Positions 8,526 through 18,812 are shown, counted from the stretch's first letter. The stretch: DNA of 64,000 bases from an uncultured bacterium (GCA_963827235.1 CAWHAE010000012.1:768001-832000), one strand, 5' to 3'. Program-made: numbers and translations. Notes: generated by a model not told the origin, from the sequence alone.

Positions 8526-10427
8526 ATGCAGAATTGCCAACTTGTCCCGTTGACCGATGATAGTATCCAGAAGCAGGGGCCCGATCCTTCTGATCTGAAG
8601 CTGGGCTCCGACGTGGCCGCAATCGGCGAGGCGAGGCGCCGCACAGACCGATTCCTCTTGCTGAACGAGGCGGTCCGCGAGCTGACGTCACTGCGATCCG
8701 TTCCCGAGGTCTGCGAGGCGCTCTATACGCAGGTCAAGCGTCTGGTCGACTGCACGATCTTCTACATCGGCTTGTATTCCGCGGAACGACGCGAAGTCGA
8801 CATCATACTGAAAATGGACCAGGGTGTGGCCTATCCGCTGCGCTCGGTGCAGGCGGTTGAGTCCCTGATCGGCAAGGCGATAGCGTCCCGGCAACCTCTG
8901 GTGCGCTACTCCGGTGCCGCCACGGATCTCGCGCTCCGCCTGGCACCCGACGCCAGAGGCCCTCGGTCCGCACTCTTCGTTCCTATGCTTGCCGGGGACC
9001 GCGTCGTAGGTGCGATCTCACCCCACAGCTACAAAGAGCGCGCCTACGACCAGGACGATATCCTGATAGTCCAGGCACTCGCGGATCAGGCAGCGCGGGC
9101 GATCGAGAATGCACGGCTCTTCGAGCAGACGCGCTCCTGGGCAACCACGCTGGAATCGGTGCAGCAGCTCGGCGCCGGACTGCATCGACCGGTCTCGGCC
9201 GGAGAGGTGGGCAGGTCGATCGCCGAGGCCGTACAGTCGCTGCTTCCCTGCGACACCTACCGGATCATGCTGGTCGAGGACGGTACAGAGGACTTGGTCG
9301 CCTTTGCCTACGGCTCCACGGGCGCCGAGTCACGAGCCCTGCAGGAGGCTGAGCTGCGCGTGCAGAAGGGGCAGGGTGCCATCGGCCTGTGTGCCGTTCG
9401 CGACGAGGCGGTGCTGGCCAACGGCGAGCCCGGCGGTGCTGGCAGTGCCGGCTCGCAGCCCGAGGGAGCGAACGACGAGACTACGCTGGCGGTACCGCTG
9501 CGACAGAACAAGGCGGTGATCGGCGCGCTCGCACTCACGAAGCGTGGGCACGATCAGTATGGGCCGGAACATATCCGCATGCTTCAGCTCTTTGCCGAGC
9601 ACGCCGCGCTGGCAATCGCCAACTCATTGGTCCTGGAGCAGACCAATCAGCGCCTGGACAAGCTCAACGAGCTCGACGAGCTGCGCAAGGAGTTCGTCTC
9701 TACCGTGCGGCACGAGCTGCGCACACCGTTGACCAGCATCGTAGGGTTTACGGAGACGCTGCTCCACTTCTGGGATCGGCTGACGATTATTCGCCAGAAG
9801 GAGATGGTTCTCAAAATCCAGACGTCCACGACCCGCCTACAGCGATTGGTGGAAGATCTGCTGTCCAACACGCGCATGGATGGCGCTGCGCTCTCGCTCA
9901 CGCTCGAGCCCGTCGACCTCGCGTCCCAGATACGGCAGGCAATCGTCGAAGTGACGACCAAGTATCGCGGGCAGGTGGTCATACAGGAAGCACCAAAAGA
10001 CCTCGTCTCGGTCTTCGCCGACGTACACCGTGTACAGCAGATCGTGGTCAATTTGCTGGATAACGCTGCGAAGTACAGCCCGGAGGGGCGACCGATCAAC
10101 GTGCGCTGGCGTGTGGTGGACGGCTTCGCCGAGGTCTCCATTCAGGATTTTGGGCCCGGCATCGCCGAGAAGGACATGGGCATCCTGTTCACGCGATTCG
10201 GCAAGATCGAGCAGCCGATGCGCTCTGGCCAGTCAGGTACCGGTCTGGGTCTCTACATCTCCCGCCAGCTGGTGGAGGCAATGGCCGGTGCGATCTGGGT
10301 GGACACGGAGGTGGGTCGAGGCAGCACCTTCTCGTTTCGCCTGCCGCTCGTCGCGCGGACGGACCAGCCCGATGTCGAAGACGTGCCGGAATCGTCGGCG
10401 CCACTCGACTGGCAGGACTGCAGCTGA
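8526..10427 (+). CDS. Cytoplasmic GAF-GAF sensor histidine kinase
   Basis: Two GAF-like domains (SALFVPML..DRVVG; LAVPL..VIGAL), H-box HELRTPL, NLLDNAAKY, DFGPGI, GTGLGL. Confidence 0.93.
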   Translation: MQNCQLVPLTDDSIQKQGPDPSDLKLGSDVAAIGEARRRTDRFLLLNEAVRELTSLRSVPEVCEALYTQVKRLVDCTIFYIGLYSAERREVDIILKMDQGVAYPLRSVQAVESLIGKAIASRQPLVRYSGAATDLALRLAPDARGPRSALFVPMLAGDRVVGAISPHSYKERAYDQDDILIVQALADQAARAIENARLFEQTRSWATTLESVQQLGAGLHRPVSAGEVGRSIAEAVQSLLPCDTYRIMLVEDGTEDLVAFAYGSTGAESRALQEAELRVQKGQGAIGLCAVRDEAVLANGEPGGAGSAGSQPEGANDETTLAVPLRQNKAVIGALALTKRGHDQYGPEHIRMLQLFAEHAALAIANSLVLEQTNQRLDKLNELDELRKEFVSTVRHELRTPLTSIVGFTETLLHFWDRLTIIRQKEMVLKIQTSTTRLQRLVEDLLSNTRMDGAALSLTLEPVDLASQIRQAIVEVTTKYRGQVVIQEAPKDLVSVFADVHRVQQIVVNLLDNAAKYSPEGRPINVRWRVVDGFAEVSIQDFGPGIAEKDMGILFTRFGKIEQPMRSGQSGTGLGLYISRQLVEAMAGAIWVDTEVGRGSTFSFRLPLVARTDQPDVEDVPESSAPLDWQDCS

Positions 10428-10499
10428 CGAACGGGTGCCGCCCCGCTCCTCGTCGAGCGCGTAGACCGTGACGTGCCCACAGCTCGACCGGTATAGCGG

Positions 10500-11232
10500 C
10501 TAGTGTCCGCAACTGCCCACGCAGACGTGCGCGGTCTCCACGATCTTGACGATGGCAGGGGTCACGAACAGGGCGGGAAGGAAGTTGCCGATTCGGAGCT
10601 CTACGATCTTGAGCAGCTTCAAGCCAATGGCAATGATGATCAGGCCGCCAACGGCCGTCATCTCGGTGACCATCGGCGTATCGACAACATGCTGGAACAG
10701 GCCCGCGGCTAGGCTCAGGCCACCCTGAAAGATGCCAATCGTGACCACCGACAGCATGACACCCCAGCCCAGCGCGCTGCTGAACGCAAACGAGGAAAAC
10801 CCGTCCAGCGTCGATTTGAAGATCAGGCTGTGGTTGTCACCGGTCAATCCGTTCTGAATAGAGCCCACTATGGTGAGCGGGCCAACGCAGAACAGAAGGC
10901 TGGTAGTGACGAAGGCCTCGCTCAGGCGGCTGCCGTCGCTGCCGAAGCGATGCTGGATGCGGTTGCCGAAGCGCAGCAGGCCTCCGTCGATATCTAGCGC
11001 CTCGCCGATCAGTGCATCCGACGAGAATGCCTCCCAGCACGTACAGAGCGTTCTTCGTAGTCTGCCCGTTGATGATGCCCAGCATAAGCGTAGCTAGACC
11101 GAGACCCTGAAGAATGGTTTCCTGGAAACGCGCCGGCATGCGGGACCCGATCAGACGACCGAACACGGTGCCGGCCGAGACCGTAGCCATGTTGATCAAG
11201 GTACCGCTGGTGGCATCGAGTGGGCTCATCAT
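10500..11232 (-). CDS. DUF554 family membrane protein (frameshift near 11020)
   Basis: GTLIN.ATV N-terminus in one frame; FVTTSLLFCVGPLTIVGSIQNGL..KSTLDG..N.LPAL in the next frame. Confidence 0.85.
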
Positions 11233-11323
11233 CTTGCCCAATGATAGCAGAGGGCACGCCCCTCAGGTGCCGCGGTCCCACGCTCGAGACGAGTGTTGCG
11301 GGCAACCACGCCGGATCGACCGT

Positions 11324-12064
11324 TCAGGCGCCCAGCGGCACCTCGAAAGCCACGCCGCTTGGCGACGGCGCCGGCCAGCGACCTGGTGCGCGCTCGATAG
11401 ACACCGCGGCGGCGCTGAAGCCCGAGGCATCCCTGCTATACGACTGACTGAACACATGATTGGCGCCGCTTTCAAACCCGTCGATTGGTACAGGCGAGCC
11501 GTGAACTGGGAGTAGCCAGAGCTCGTATGCCAGAGAAGGCGGCAGGAGCGGCAGGTTCGTGAAGCGCACGGCAGTCGTGTGGTCGCTACGCACGTCGATC
11601 GTCGCAACGACGTTGTCCATCGCCACGCCCTTGACGACGCGTGCCGCGACGTGCGCAGTGTACGTATGTACCGTCACGTCCTGGCGATGCGTCAGCAGCA
11701 CAACGACCAGTACGATCGCCACCGCGGCCGCTCCAAGTGCGCCGTAGGCTAGGCGCGGCAGATGTCGCCACCAGGGTGCCGATTCCCCGACCGGCGCCAC
11801 AATCGTATCGACGCCGCCCTGCGATTGCAGCCACTGCCGGCGATCGAGCTCCACCAGATTCATCAGCCGCGTGCGCAGGGCGGCGGGCGGTGTAAGCTCG
11901 GGGGCCGTCAACGCGAGCTGGTCTCCCACACCTTGCAGCATCTGTGCTTCCTCGGCGCACTCGCCGCACGTCGCACAATGTGCCGCTACGTCTTGCATTT
12001 CGTGCGGGGCAAGAGCGCCGAGCGCATAGGCGCCGAGGAGCTCGCGCACTTCATCGTGAGTCAT
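11324..12064 (-). CDS. Anti-sigma factor, RskA type with zinc-binding ZAS motif
   Basis: ELLGAYALGAL, HCATCGEC (HxxxCxxC), one TM helix, YELWL and AAAVSIE...PS C-terminal RskA motifs. Confidence 0.9.
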   Translation of the reverse strand: MTHDEVRELLGAYALGALAPHEMQDVAAHCATCGECAEEAQMLQGVGDQLALTAPELTPPAALRTRLMNLVELDRRQWLQSQGGVDTIVAPVGESAPWWRHLPRLAYGALGAAAVAIVLVVVLLTHRQDVTVHTYTAHVAARVVKGVAMDNVVATIDVRSDHTTAVRFTNLPLLPPSLAYELWLLPVHGSPVPIDGFESGANHVFSQSYSRDASGFSAAAVSIERAPGRWPAPSPSGVAFEVPLGA

Positions 12065-12776
12065 GCGTAGCTTCCTGCAGGTTCCCGTAATCGAGCGTTG
12101 CTTTCATCTTCTGAAGTCCGATGCGGATCCGGCCTTTGACTGTGCCAAGCGGCACTTCCAAGCGCTGCGCGATCTCGCTCGCGGACAGGCCGTCGAAATA
12201 GGCCAGCTGTATGGCTGTCTTCTGCTCGGGGGGCAAGGCAACCAGCGCCCTTTGCACGCGACCGCTCTCCATCGAGGCGTACGCCTGCTCTTCCACGTCG
12301 ACCGACTCATCGGCCCGTTCAGGCATTCCTTCAAGAACGTTGCCCGCGACCTCCCGGGCGGCTACATGCCTGAAGCGATCCACTGCCCGATGATGCACAA
12401 TCGAGAGCAGCCAAGTGCGGACGGCAGACCTGCCGGGCCGGTATGACTCGGCCTGGCGCCACACCGACAGGAACGCCTCCTGTACAACATCCTCGGCAGC
12501 ACTGGGATCGCCCAGCATCCGACATGCCAGGCCAAAAGCCTGGCGGCTGTGGCGATCATACAGCACGGCAAAGGCCCCTGTGTCCCTGTCACGCAACTGG
12601 ACAAGCAGGACCTCGTCGCTCGGTTCCTCAGGCGTCGCAGCTGTCACAACGGTAATACGTCCCAATACCTGCCGTGGATCATCGAGCCGCGCCTCGCTCT
12701 TCGTTCTGCAGCCGTTGGCGGCTCGCACCCGCGGAAGCTGCCGGCTGCCATCACAATCTCCGGCGTCTGCAGCCAT
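12051..12776 (-). CDS. ECF RNA polymerase sigma factor (SigK-like); true start may be the GTG at 12647
   Basis: AEDVVQEAFLSVW, TWLLSI, LAYFDGLSASEIA..L.VPLGTVKGRIR; overlaps the anti-sigma gene. Confidence 0.93.
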   Translation of the reverse strand: MAADAGDCDGSRQLPRVRAANGCRTKSEARLDDPRQVLGRITVVTAATPEEPSDEVLLVQLRDRDTGAFAVLYDRHSRQAFGLACRMLGDPSAAEDVVQEAFLSVWRQAESYRPGRSAVRTWLLSIVHHRAVDRFRHVAAREVAGNVLEGMPERADESVDVEEQAYASMESGRVQRALVALPPEQKTAIQLAYFDGLSASEIAQRLEVPLGTVKGRIRIGLQKMKATLDYGNLQEATHDSR

Positions 12777-12818
12777 GCCGTTCGCCGGAACGACTCTTTC
12801 GCTACACGCCTGCCTGCG

Positions 12819-13568
12819 CTACTCGGCGCGAACTCGCACGGACGATCGCACCGGTTTCAGCGAGGCGAGCCAGAACCCGGCGTAGGCGAGCAGCTCGCGC
12901 GAGGCATAGCTGGACGCGTGAGCGGTCGTCTGGCGTTGTTGAATGGCACGACGCAGGTCGGCCGCGCTGGAGCCGGGGAAACGCGTATAGCTCTTGCCAA
13001 TCGCTTCCACGATGTGCGCGTCGGAATTGCCGACCACGGCCAAGCCGCCCGCCCGGCGATTATGCCGCTTGGCACGGTAGTTCGCCACGTACATGAGCGG
13101 CGTCGAATTCTCGGCCTCGACAGCGTCGAATGGAAGCTCCGCAAAACGTCGGCCGATCCCCTGGATTTCGGGACCGAATGCGGTGATGAAGGGGTGTGCG
13201 GCAATGGCCAGCCCACCCTGCTCGTGAATGGCCGCGATGGTATCCTCCGGGCTCATGTTGGGACGGATGCGCTCGCGAATGAAGAGGGCCAGGACGTGTC
13301 CCTGCCGCGTCGTAACCTCTTCGCCCAGAACGACCTGGAATCGATAGCGGCTCTGAAGCTCCTCCGCCCGCAGCGCACCCTCGATCGTGTCATGATCAGT
13401 AATGGCAATGACCTGCAGCCGCGTGCGCCTGGCAACATGATCCAGCACGGCCTGAACGGTTGGCCGTCCGTCGGAATGGCACGTGTGAATATGGAGGTCA
13501 GCCCGCCCTCGATGCCCGCCAATGTGCAGGTGCCCGAGGGCGCTGCCTCGCGATCTCTGCGTCGTCAT
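12819..13568 (-). CDS. PHP-domain metal-dependent phosphoesterase
   Basis: DLHIHT..SDG, AITDHD, GEE, GH, AHP, GNSDAH motifs. Confidence 0.9.
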   Translation of the reverse strand: MTTQRSRGSALGHLHIGGHRGRADLHIHTCHSDGRPTVQAVLDHVARRTRLQVIAITDHDTIEGALRAEELQSRYRFQVVLGEEVTTRQGHVLALFIRERIRPNMSPEDTIAAIHEQGGLAIAAHPFITAFGPEIQGIGRRFAELPFDAVEAENSTPLMYVANYRAKRHNRRAGGLAVVGNSDAHIVEAIGKSYTRFPGSSAADLRRAIQQRQTTAHASSYASRELLAYAGFWLASLKPVRSSVRVRAE

Positions 13569-13822
13569 GCCTGCCCCAGATCTCTGTCCGAATGTCCGCA
13601 CCACCTAGCTTCGAGCGTATCACACCGCGGTATTGTTGACACCAGGTTCGCCAGGTTGCCGGGGCCGTTCACTCCTCTGGGCGCCTGGGTACCGCCTTAC
13701 ACCTGGACGAAGCCTCAGACGGCTAGCCGGCGGCGCTTGCCGGCGGCGCTGTGCCGGCGAGCCGCCCGCCGGCCAGGCCTGCGATAACCAGACGGGGCGG
13801 CGGCCGGCTTGCCTGTGACGGG

Positions 13823-14353
13823 CTACGCTCGCGCGCGCTCCTGCTCTGCGAGGCGCTGCAGCTCGGGATAGCTGCGCTGTTCACGTGGCTCAGATTCGAT
13901 CTGCAGCTTGTGCACGACGTCCTGGATGGCACCTGCCTCGCCTTCGATCTCCACGAAGTCGCCGAATTCGAGAGTGTCCAGGGCGATTGCCGCCCCATGC
14001 CAGCGCCAAGTCTCACGATCCTTGACATAACGCAGAGTTTCTACGTAACCGATCTTGGCGAGGATGCCCAGGAGCTCTTCGGTCCCCTCGGCCGAGAACT
14101 GGACTTCCAGCTCCTCCCGAGTCTTGTGCTCGAAGGGATCGTGATCTCCAGCACGGCCCTTCCAGGTGATGGTGCTGGCGGCGGCGCTGCGCACGCGCAG
14201 CACCTCCTGCCTGCGCTGAAGGGCCGCATCGCCGGTATCCAGAATCCGGTTGACTTCGTGCTCCGCGCGCTCACAGCTGGCACCCAGGCTCTCAAGGCGC
14301 CGCCGTATAGCTTCGAGGTCCGTCACCCGAATCTTGACCTCTCGCTCAATCAT
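13823..14353 (-). CDS. CYTH-domain protein (class IV adenylate cyclase-like triphosphate tunnel enzyme)
   Basis: EREVK (ExExK), LRVR, TWKG, REELE, KDRE, GDFVEIE, SYPEL motifs; GGAGG RBS. Confidence 0.9.
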   Translation of the reverse strand: MIEREVKIRVTDLEAIRRRLESLGASCERAEHEVNRILDTGDAALQRRQEVLRVRSAAASTITWKGRAGDHDPFEHKTREELEVQFSAEGTEELLGILAKIGYVETLRYVKDRETWRWHGAAIALDTLEFGDFVEIEGEAGAIQDVVHKLQIESEPREQRSYPELQRLAEQERARA

Positions 14354-14536
14354 AGATGCCTCCATTCCGACGATGGACGACTGATAGTCCAGCCGTCATG
14401 GCTCTGCTTTCCGGTCCCGTCCAGCCGGAAGAGAACCCTCACGAGGGCCCGGCTCGATTGCATGTCTCGTCCGCCCCAGCACCCGCCTGCAGCGTCGTGC
14501 TGGAATCTCACGCCATCGACCTGCGGCAATGCCTTG

Positions 14537-16435
14537 TCAGCCCAAGCTCCTGGTGCCGTAGATGATGCGTTTCATGTTACCTGCTTGCGCCTGTCCCTGC
14601 CGCTCGACGCGGTCGGCCTCGGCCAGGGCAAGCTTGGCCAGCTCCGGGGATCCGGCTGCTTCGAGGTGTTTTGCGGCGGTGCGGAGGCTCGCCGTGCCCT
14701 TCTGGGTCTGGCCCTCCTGGATCGCTTGCAGCGCCTGCTCCTGCAGGCGATGGGCAGTGATCTTGCGCAGCGCATCGTGTACGCGCAGATGGACCGGAGG
14801 CTCATTCTCCCACTGCTCGACGAAAGTCGCCGAGATGCGGCATGTGGACCGCTGGCTCTCCAGGCCAAGGGCCGGCACGTCATAGAGGAACTCCAGGTCG
14901 GCCACGTCTATCGTCCCGGGCTTTCGCGAGGCAATGACGAACTCCAGCAGCAGCCTGTATTCGCGGTCGGTGCTGACGCGACCCAGGTCCAGCTGTATAG
15001 GCTGCGCTATGGCCGGTGCGTCGGTGGGCACGGGAAGCGACTTGATGCCCGGCGCTACCCATGTAGCGCGTAGTACCCTGCTGGTAGTATCGGGCGTAAT
15101 CGCCACGCGAAGATTGCGCAGTGCCGTGAGTTGCAGCGTGCGCAGCTGGTCCTCGAAGACACCCCGCAGATGCTCGGCACCTTGCACGTAGTCCGAATGC
15201 CCGCCCGTACGAGTTGCCAGCTCGTCGAGCAGCACGCTGTTCCAGTCGTCTCCCAGGCCGAGCGCAGTAATCTGCACCTGGCGCTCACCGGCCAGGGTGG
15301 CCAGCTCGACGCAGATGTCTTCGTCGCCGTAGGTCTGACCGTCCGTGAGCACGATCATCTCGGAGATGAGGCTGGTAGCGTGAGTCTGCAGCTCCTGCAA
15401 GCCTGCCCGGAGGCCGGTCGAGATCTCGGTGCCTCCACGGCAGCGAATAGCATCAAGAGCTTCCCTGGCTGCCCGCTTGCCACCCAGCGGGCCGCTCGGC
15501 AGCAACACCGTGGCTCGGTCGCCGAAAGTCACGATGGACAGGTAGTCGCGCGGGCTCATCATGTCGATAATTCGCGCCACCGCTTCTTTGAGTCGCTGCA
15601 GCTTGTCGTCTCGCTGCATCGAGCTGCTGTGGTCAAGCACCAGCGAGAGATTCAATGGCTGACCACTGGTACCAATCTCGTCGCTCAGCTTGAGATCCAG
15701 CAGCACGTAAAGCATCTGGGCGCGTGGCTGGATCAACAGCTTGTCGCGGCCGAGCGTTGCCGAGACCTCGAGCGCCGGCTTCGTCAGTGTCACGCGCGAT
15801 GCCGCATCCGTCGCCGTGAACACGGGATCGCTGTACGAGACGTGTGGCGGCGGCTCGATTGGCCTGTGACTGAAGGCGGACTCGTCATACGGTCGCTCGC
15901 CGCCCAGCCACGATGACTGCTTCAGCTCCTCGGGCCGACTCTTCCGCGGCGGCTCGCCTCCAAGGCGCGCCGACTGCCTCAGCTCTTCAGGTCGGGCCAT
16001 CTCCGGCGGCTCGCCGCTCAAGCGACCCGACTGCTTCAGCTCGCCGGACTGGCTCGCCGCGCCCTGCGCATGCTCTTCCGGTTCTCGCCAGCTGGTGGTG
16101 TCGCCCTGCGACGGCCGTCCGCGCAGCCACGGACCCTCGACCGGCTGGTTGGAATCGGGGCGCGGGCGCTGCTCCAGCCCGACCGTGCCCGTCGCGTCGT
16201 TGGGCTGCCGCGCCGTGGTGGCGGCATCGCCAGCCGTCTTGTCACCCTGCTGGGCCCGGATCAGCTCGAACGCGCTCTGCACGGCGTCGAAGCGATCGCG
16301 GGCGTCGGGATTTACGTCGGGGTGCAGCTCCCGCACGAGGCGGCGGTGCGCTGCCCGCACCTCGCTGAACGGTGCGCTTGAAGGCACGCCGAGCACGGCA
16401 TAGGGGTCGGCGCCCCGAGATGGCGGGCTGCTCAT
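14537..16435 (-). CDS. J-domain (DnaJ-type) - disordered repeat linker - von Willebrand factor A domain protein
   Basis: DPYAVLGV...LHPD J-domain; vWA MIDAS LDHSSSM, GGT, LTDG; helical C-terminus ending YGTRSLG. Confidence 0.9.
   Translation of the reverse strand: MSSPPSRGADPYAVLGVPSSAPFSEVRAAHRRLVRELHPDVNPDARDRFDAVQSAFELIRAQQGDKTAGDAATTARQPNDATGTVGLEQRPRPDSNQPVEGPWLRGRPSQGDTTSWREPEEHAQGAASQSGELKQSGRLSGEPPEMARPEELRQSARLGGEPPRKSRPEELKQSSWLGGERPYDESAFSHRPIEPPPHVSYSDPVFTATDAASRVTLTKPALEVSATLGRDKLLIQPRAQMLYVLLDLKLSDEIGTSGQPLNLSLVLDHSSSMQRDDKLQRLKEAVARIIDMMSPRDYLSIVTFGDRATVLLPSGPLGGKRAAREALDAIRCRGGTEISTGLRAGLQELQTHATSLISEMIVLTDGQTYGDEDICVELATLAGERQVQITALGLGDDWNSVLLDELATRTGGHSDYVQGAEHLRGVFEDQLRTLQLTALRNLRVAITPDTTSRVLRATWVAPGIKSLPVPTDAPAIAQPIQLDLGRVSTDREYRLLLEFVIASRKPGTIDVADLEFLYDVPALGLESQRSTCRISATFVEQWENEPPVHLRVHDALRKITAHRLQEQALQAIQEGQTQKGTASLRTAAKHLEAAGSPELAKLALAEADRVERQGQAQAGNMKRIIYGTRSLG
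15895..16045 (-). repeat. About three tandem 57-bp/19-aa coding repeats in the J-vWA linker
   Basis: GACTGC[TC]TCAGCTC at 15915, 15972 and 16029; peptides ELKQSGRLSGEPP / ELRQSARLGGEPP / ELKQSSWLGGERP. Confidence 0.85.
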
Positions 16436-16792
16436 GATCTCCCTGCCGGTACTCGCTCGCCTCGTTTGTCCCTCGTCGGAGGCAGCTTGTAGGGTATCCG
16501 GCGCCTCCAATTTCGTGCTCTGCGGCGGTAAAGACGACGCAGTTGGTTACTCGGTGTACCGCCAGTATAGGCAAGCCAGTCGCGGCAACGCAATAGTACA
16601 GTGTGGGATGCCAACTGGCCATAATGCCACGTTCGCTAGCGGTCTCATGCGGCCTTTGCGAGGCCGCTTTGCACGAGCCCAGCCAAATGCCAGATCATGG
16701 ATGTGTAACACGCGGGGCAGCCGCGCCGGCACCCTTTGAGGACTCCCGGCCGCGAGCACGGTCCCGATCCTAGAGCGATCGCGGGAGGTCGA

Positions 16793-18040
16793 ATGGCAGT
16801 CGATCATCCGAGCAACGTGGGAAGCGTTGTCGGCGGGCGCTATCGCCTGATCTCTCTCCTGGGACGGGGTGGAGGAGGCGCCGTCTACCTCGCTGAGGAT
16901 ACCGAGCTATTCGACCGGCCGGTGGCTGTCAAGGAGATGGTCGAGCAACATGCCAGCCAGGCTGAGCGCGATGCGGCCGTGGCGCGCTTCACGCAGGAAG
17001 CAAAGATGCTCGTTACCTTGAGCCATCCCAACCTGCCCGACCTACGATCATACTTCGCCGAGGGCGGGCGCCATTACCTGGTCATGGAATACGTAGAAGG
17101 CACGACGCTGCTCGCCCAGCTCGAACAAGCGAACGGAGCATTGCCGCCGGCAATCGTGGCCGAGTGGGGCCGGCAGATCTGCGACGTGCTGTCCTACCTG
17201 CACAGCCGGACGCCGCCCGTGATCTTCCGCGATCTCAAGCCGTCGAACATCATGATTGACCGACTCGGCCACATCAAGCTCATCGACTTCGGTACTGCCC
17301 GCCACTTCGACCTGACAAAGAACACGGATACACTGAAGATGGGCAGCATCGGCTATGCGGCGCCTGAGCAGTACCAGGGCCAAGGACAGACCAGCCCGAG
17401 ATCCGATGTCTACGCCCTGGGCGTGACTCTGCATCAACTGCTCACCAACGCCGATCCCACCGCGCGCCCGTTCGTGTTCACGCCGCCGTCACTCCTGCGG
17501 CCAGAGATTCCCGAAGGGCTCAGTCGGGCCGTGATGCGGGCGGTCAATCTGGACCCGGCGCAGCGCTTCCAGTCCGCACTGGAGTTCCGCCGTGCTCTGG
17601 AACCGCGCGTGGCGGAGACCACCACCACACTGCTTAAGGTGATACCCGAGCCCGAGCCGAATCCCTGGGCCGTGGCATTACTCGGCCTGGTCGGCGCAGC
17701 CCTGATCGAGGGCGTGGTTCTTCTGCCCGAGCTACCCAATCTCGGTAAGGGCACCGCCAGCGCCGACTGGGCAGTCGACTACGGGATACTGGCGGGCGCC
17801 GCACTTGGCGCCAGCATCGGCGGCGCAATCGCCCCGGGCTGGCGGCGAAGGAGTCTCCCCGCCACGCTTGCGGCACTGGCCGGTGCTGCCGTTTTCTGCC
17901 TGGCCGTCGGGCTCGCCGTCATGGTCGGCATGGGTCACGGTGACCCGAAGCAGTTCTCCCTGCGTCTGCTCGCCGGTCTGGCACTACCGGCCGCCGGCGC
18001 CGGGGCTGCACTGGTGCGCGGTTTTCGCGTCGGCGAATGA
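16793..18040 (+). CDS. Hanks-type Ser/Thr protein kinase with C-terminal multi-TM region
   Basis: [35 protein letters not shown]; about 4 hydrophobic helices at the C-terminus; GGGAGG RBS. Confidence 0.93.
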   Translation: MAVDHPSNVGSVVGGRYRLISLLGRGGGGAVYLAEDTELFDRPVAVKEMVEQHASQAERDAAVARFTQEAKMLVTLSHPNLPDLRSYFAEGGRHYLVMEYVEGTTLLAQLEQANGALPPAIVAEWGRQICDVLSYLHSRTPPVIFRDLKPSNIMIDRLGHIKLIDFGTARHFDLTKNTDTLKMGSIGYAAPEQYQGQGQTSPRSDVYALGVTLHQLLTNADPTARPFVFTPPSLLRPEIPEGLSRAVMRAVNLDPAQRFQSALEFRRALEPRVAETTTTLLKVIPEPEPNPWAVALLGLVGAALIEGVVLLPELPNLGKGTASADWAVDYGILAGAALGASIGGAIAPGWRRRSLPATLAALAGAAVFCLAVGLAVMVGMGHGDPKQFSLRLLAGLALPAAGAGAALVRGFRVGE

Positions 18041-18812
18041 CGATGGCCCGCGAAGAGTCGATGAAAGCCGGCAGTGCCCCCGAGGCGGAGCGGCCTCCCG
18101 GGCCGGAGCCGCTGACTATCGTCTATGAGGATCGCCACCTGTTGGTGGTGATCAAGCCGGCCGGCCTGGTGATGCATCCCGCCTACCGGCATCCCGACGG
18201 CACGCTCTGGAACATGTTGGCCGACCTGTTCGCCGCTCGGGGGAGCCTGAACGACCGCGCCTTCTGCATCGCCTGGACCGGGAGACGTCCGGTCTGGTAT
18301 GTGTGCCCAAGCGCCTGCCGGCACATCGCAGCCTGGAGCGCATGCTGCGACAGGGTCGCTTCGAGAAGCGCTACCTCGCGTTGGTCGAGGGCTCGGCACC
18401 TCTGCAAGGGACGATCGTGGAGCCGCTGGGGCGCGATCCGCTCGACCGTCGCCGTGCGTGCGTGCGGGCAGACGGCCAGCGAGCCGTAACGCACTTCACC
18501 GCGCTGAGGCGCTTCCCACAGACCACGCTGCTGCGAGTGGTGCTGGAGACCGGCAGAACGCACCAGATCCGCGCCCATCTCGCCTATCTCGGCCACCCCG
18601 TGGTCGGTGACTGCGCCTACGGCGGCAAGCCCGCGGTGATCGACAGGATCTTTCTCCACGCGGACAGGCTGGCCTTTCCTCATCCGATCACCAGGACGTG
18701 GATCGCATGCCGCGCTCCCCTGCCGCCCGAGCTCCGGGCCGCTCTGCGCCACGTGGCACGAGTGCAGGCGTTGGCAAGCTCATCGCTCCCGGAAGCTTGT
18801 GCATGCACGTGA
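18037..18812 (+). CDS. RluA-family RNA pseudouridine synthase (frameshift near 18240-18260)
   Basis: [15 protein letters not shown] in frame 1; [31 protein letters not shown] in frame 2; ATGA overlap with the kinase. Confidence 0.88.

Noticed and set aside
13726-13760. GCCGGCGGCGCT direct repeat (about 2.5 copies)
   Set aside because: Low-complexity GC sequence with no functional context
14365-14536. Hairpin-rich spacer upstream of the CYTH gene as a riboswitch or hammerhead
   Set aside because: Stems exist, but I see no known aptamer consensus; CTGATAG is not the CUGANGA core; GC content alone can explain the pairing
12549-15073. Long plus-strand ORFs of 412 and 440 aa
   Set aside because: Antisense shadows of the PHP, CYTH and vWA genes in GC-rich DNA; no motifs
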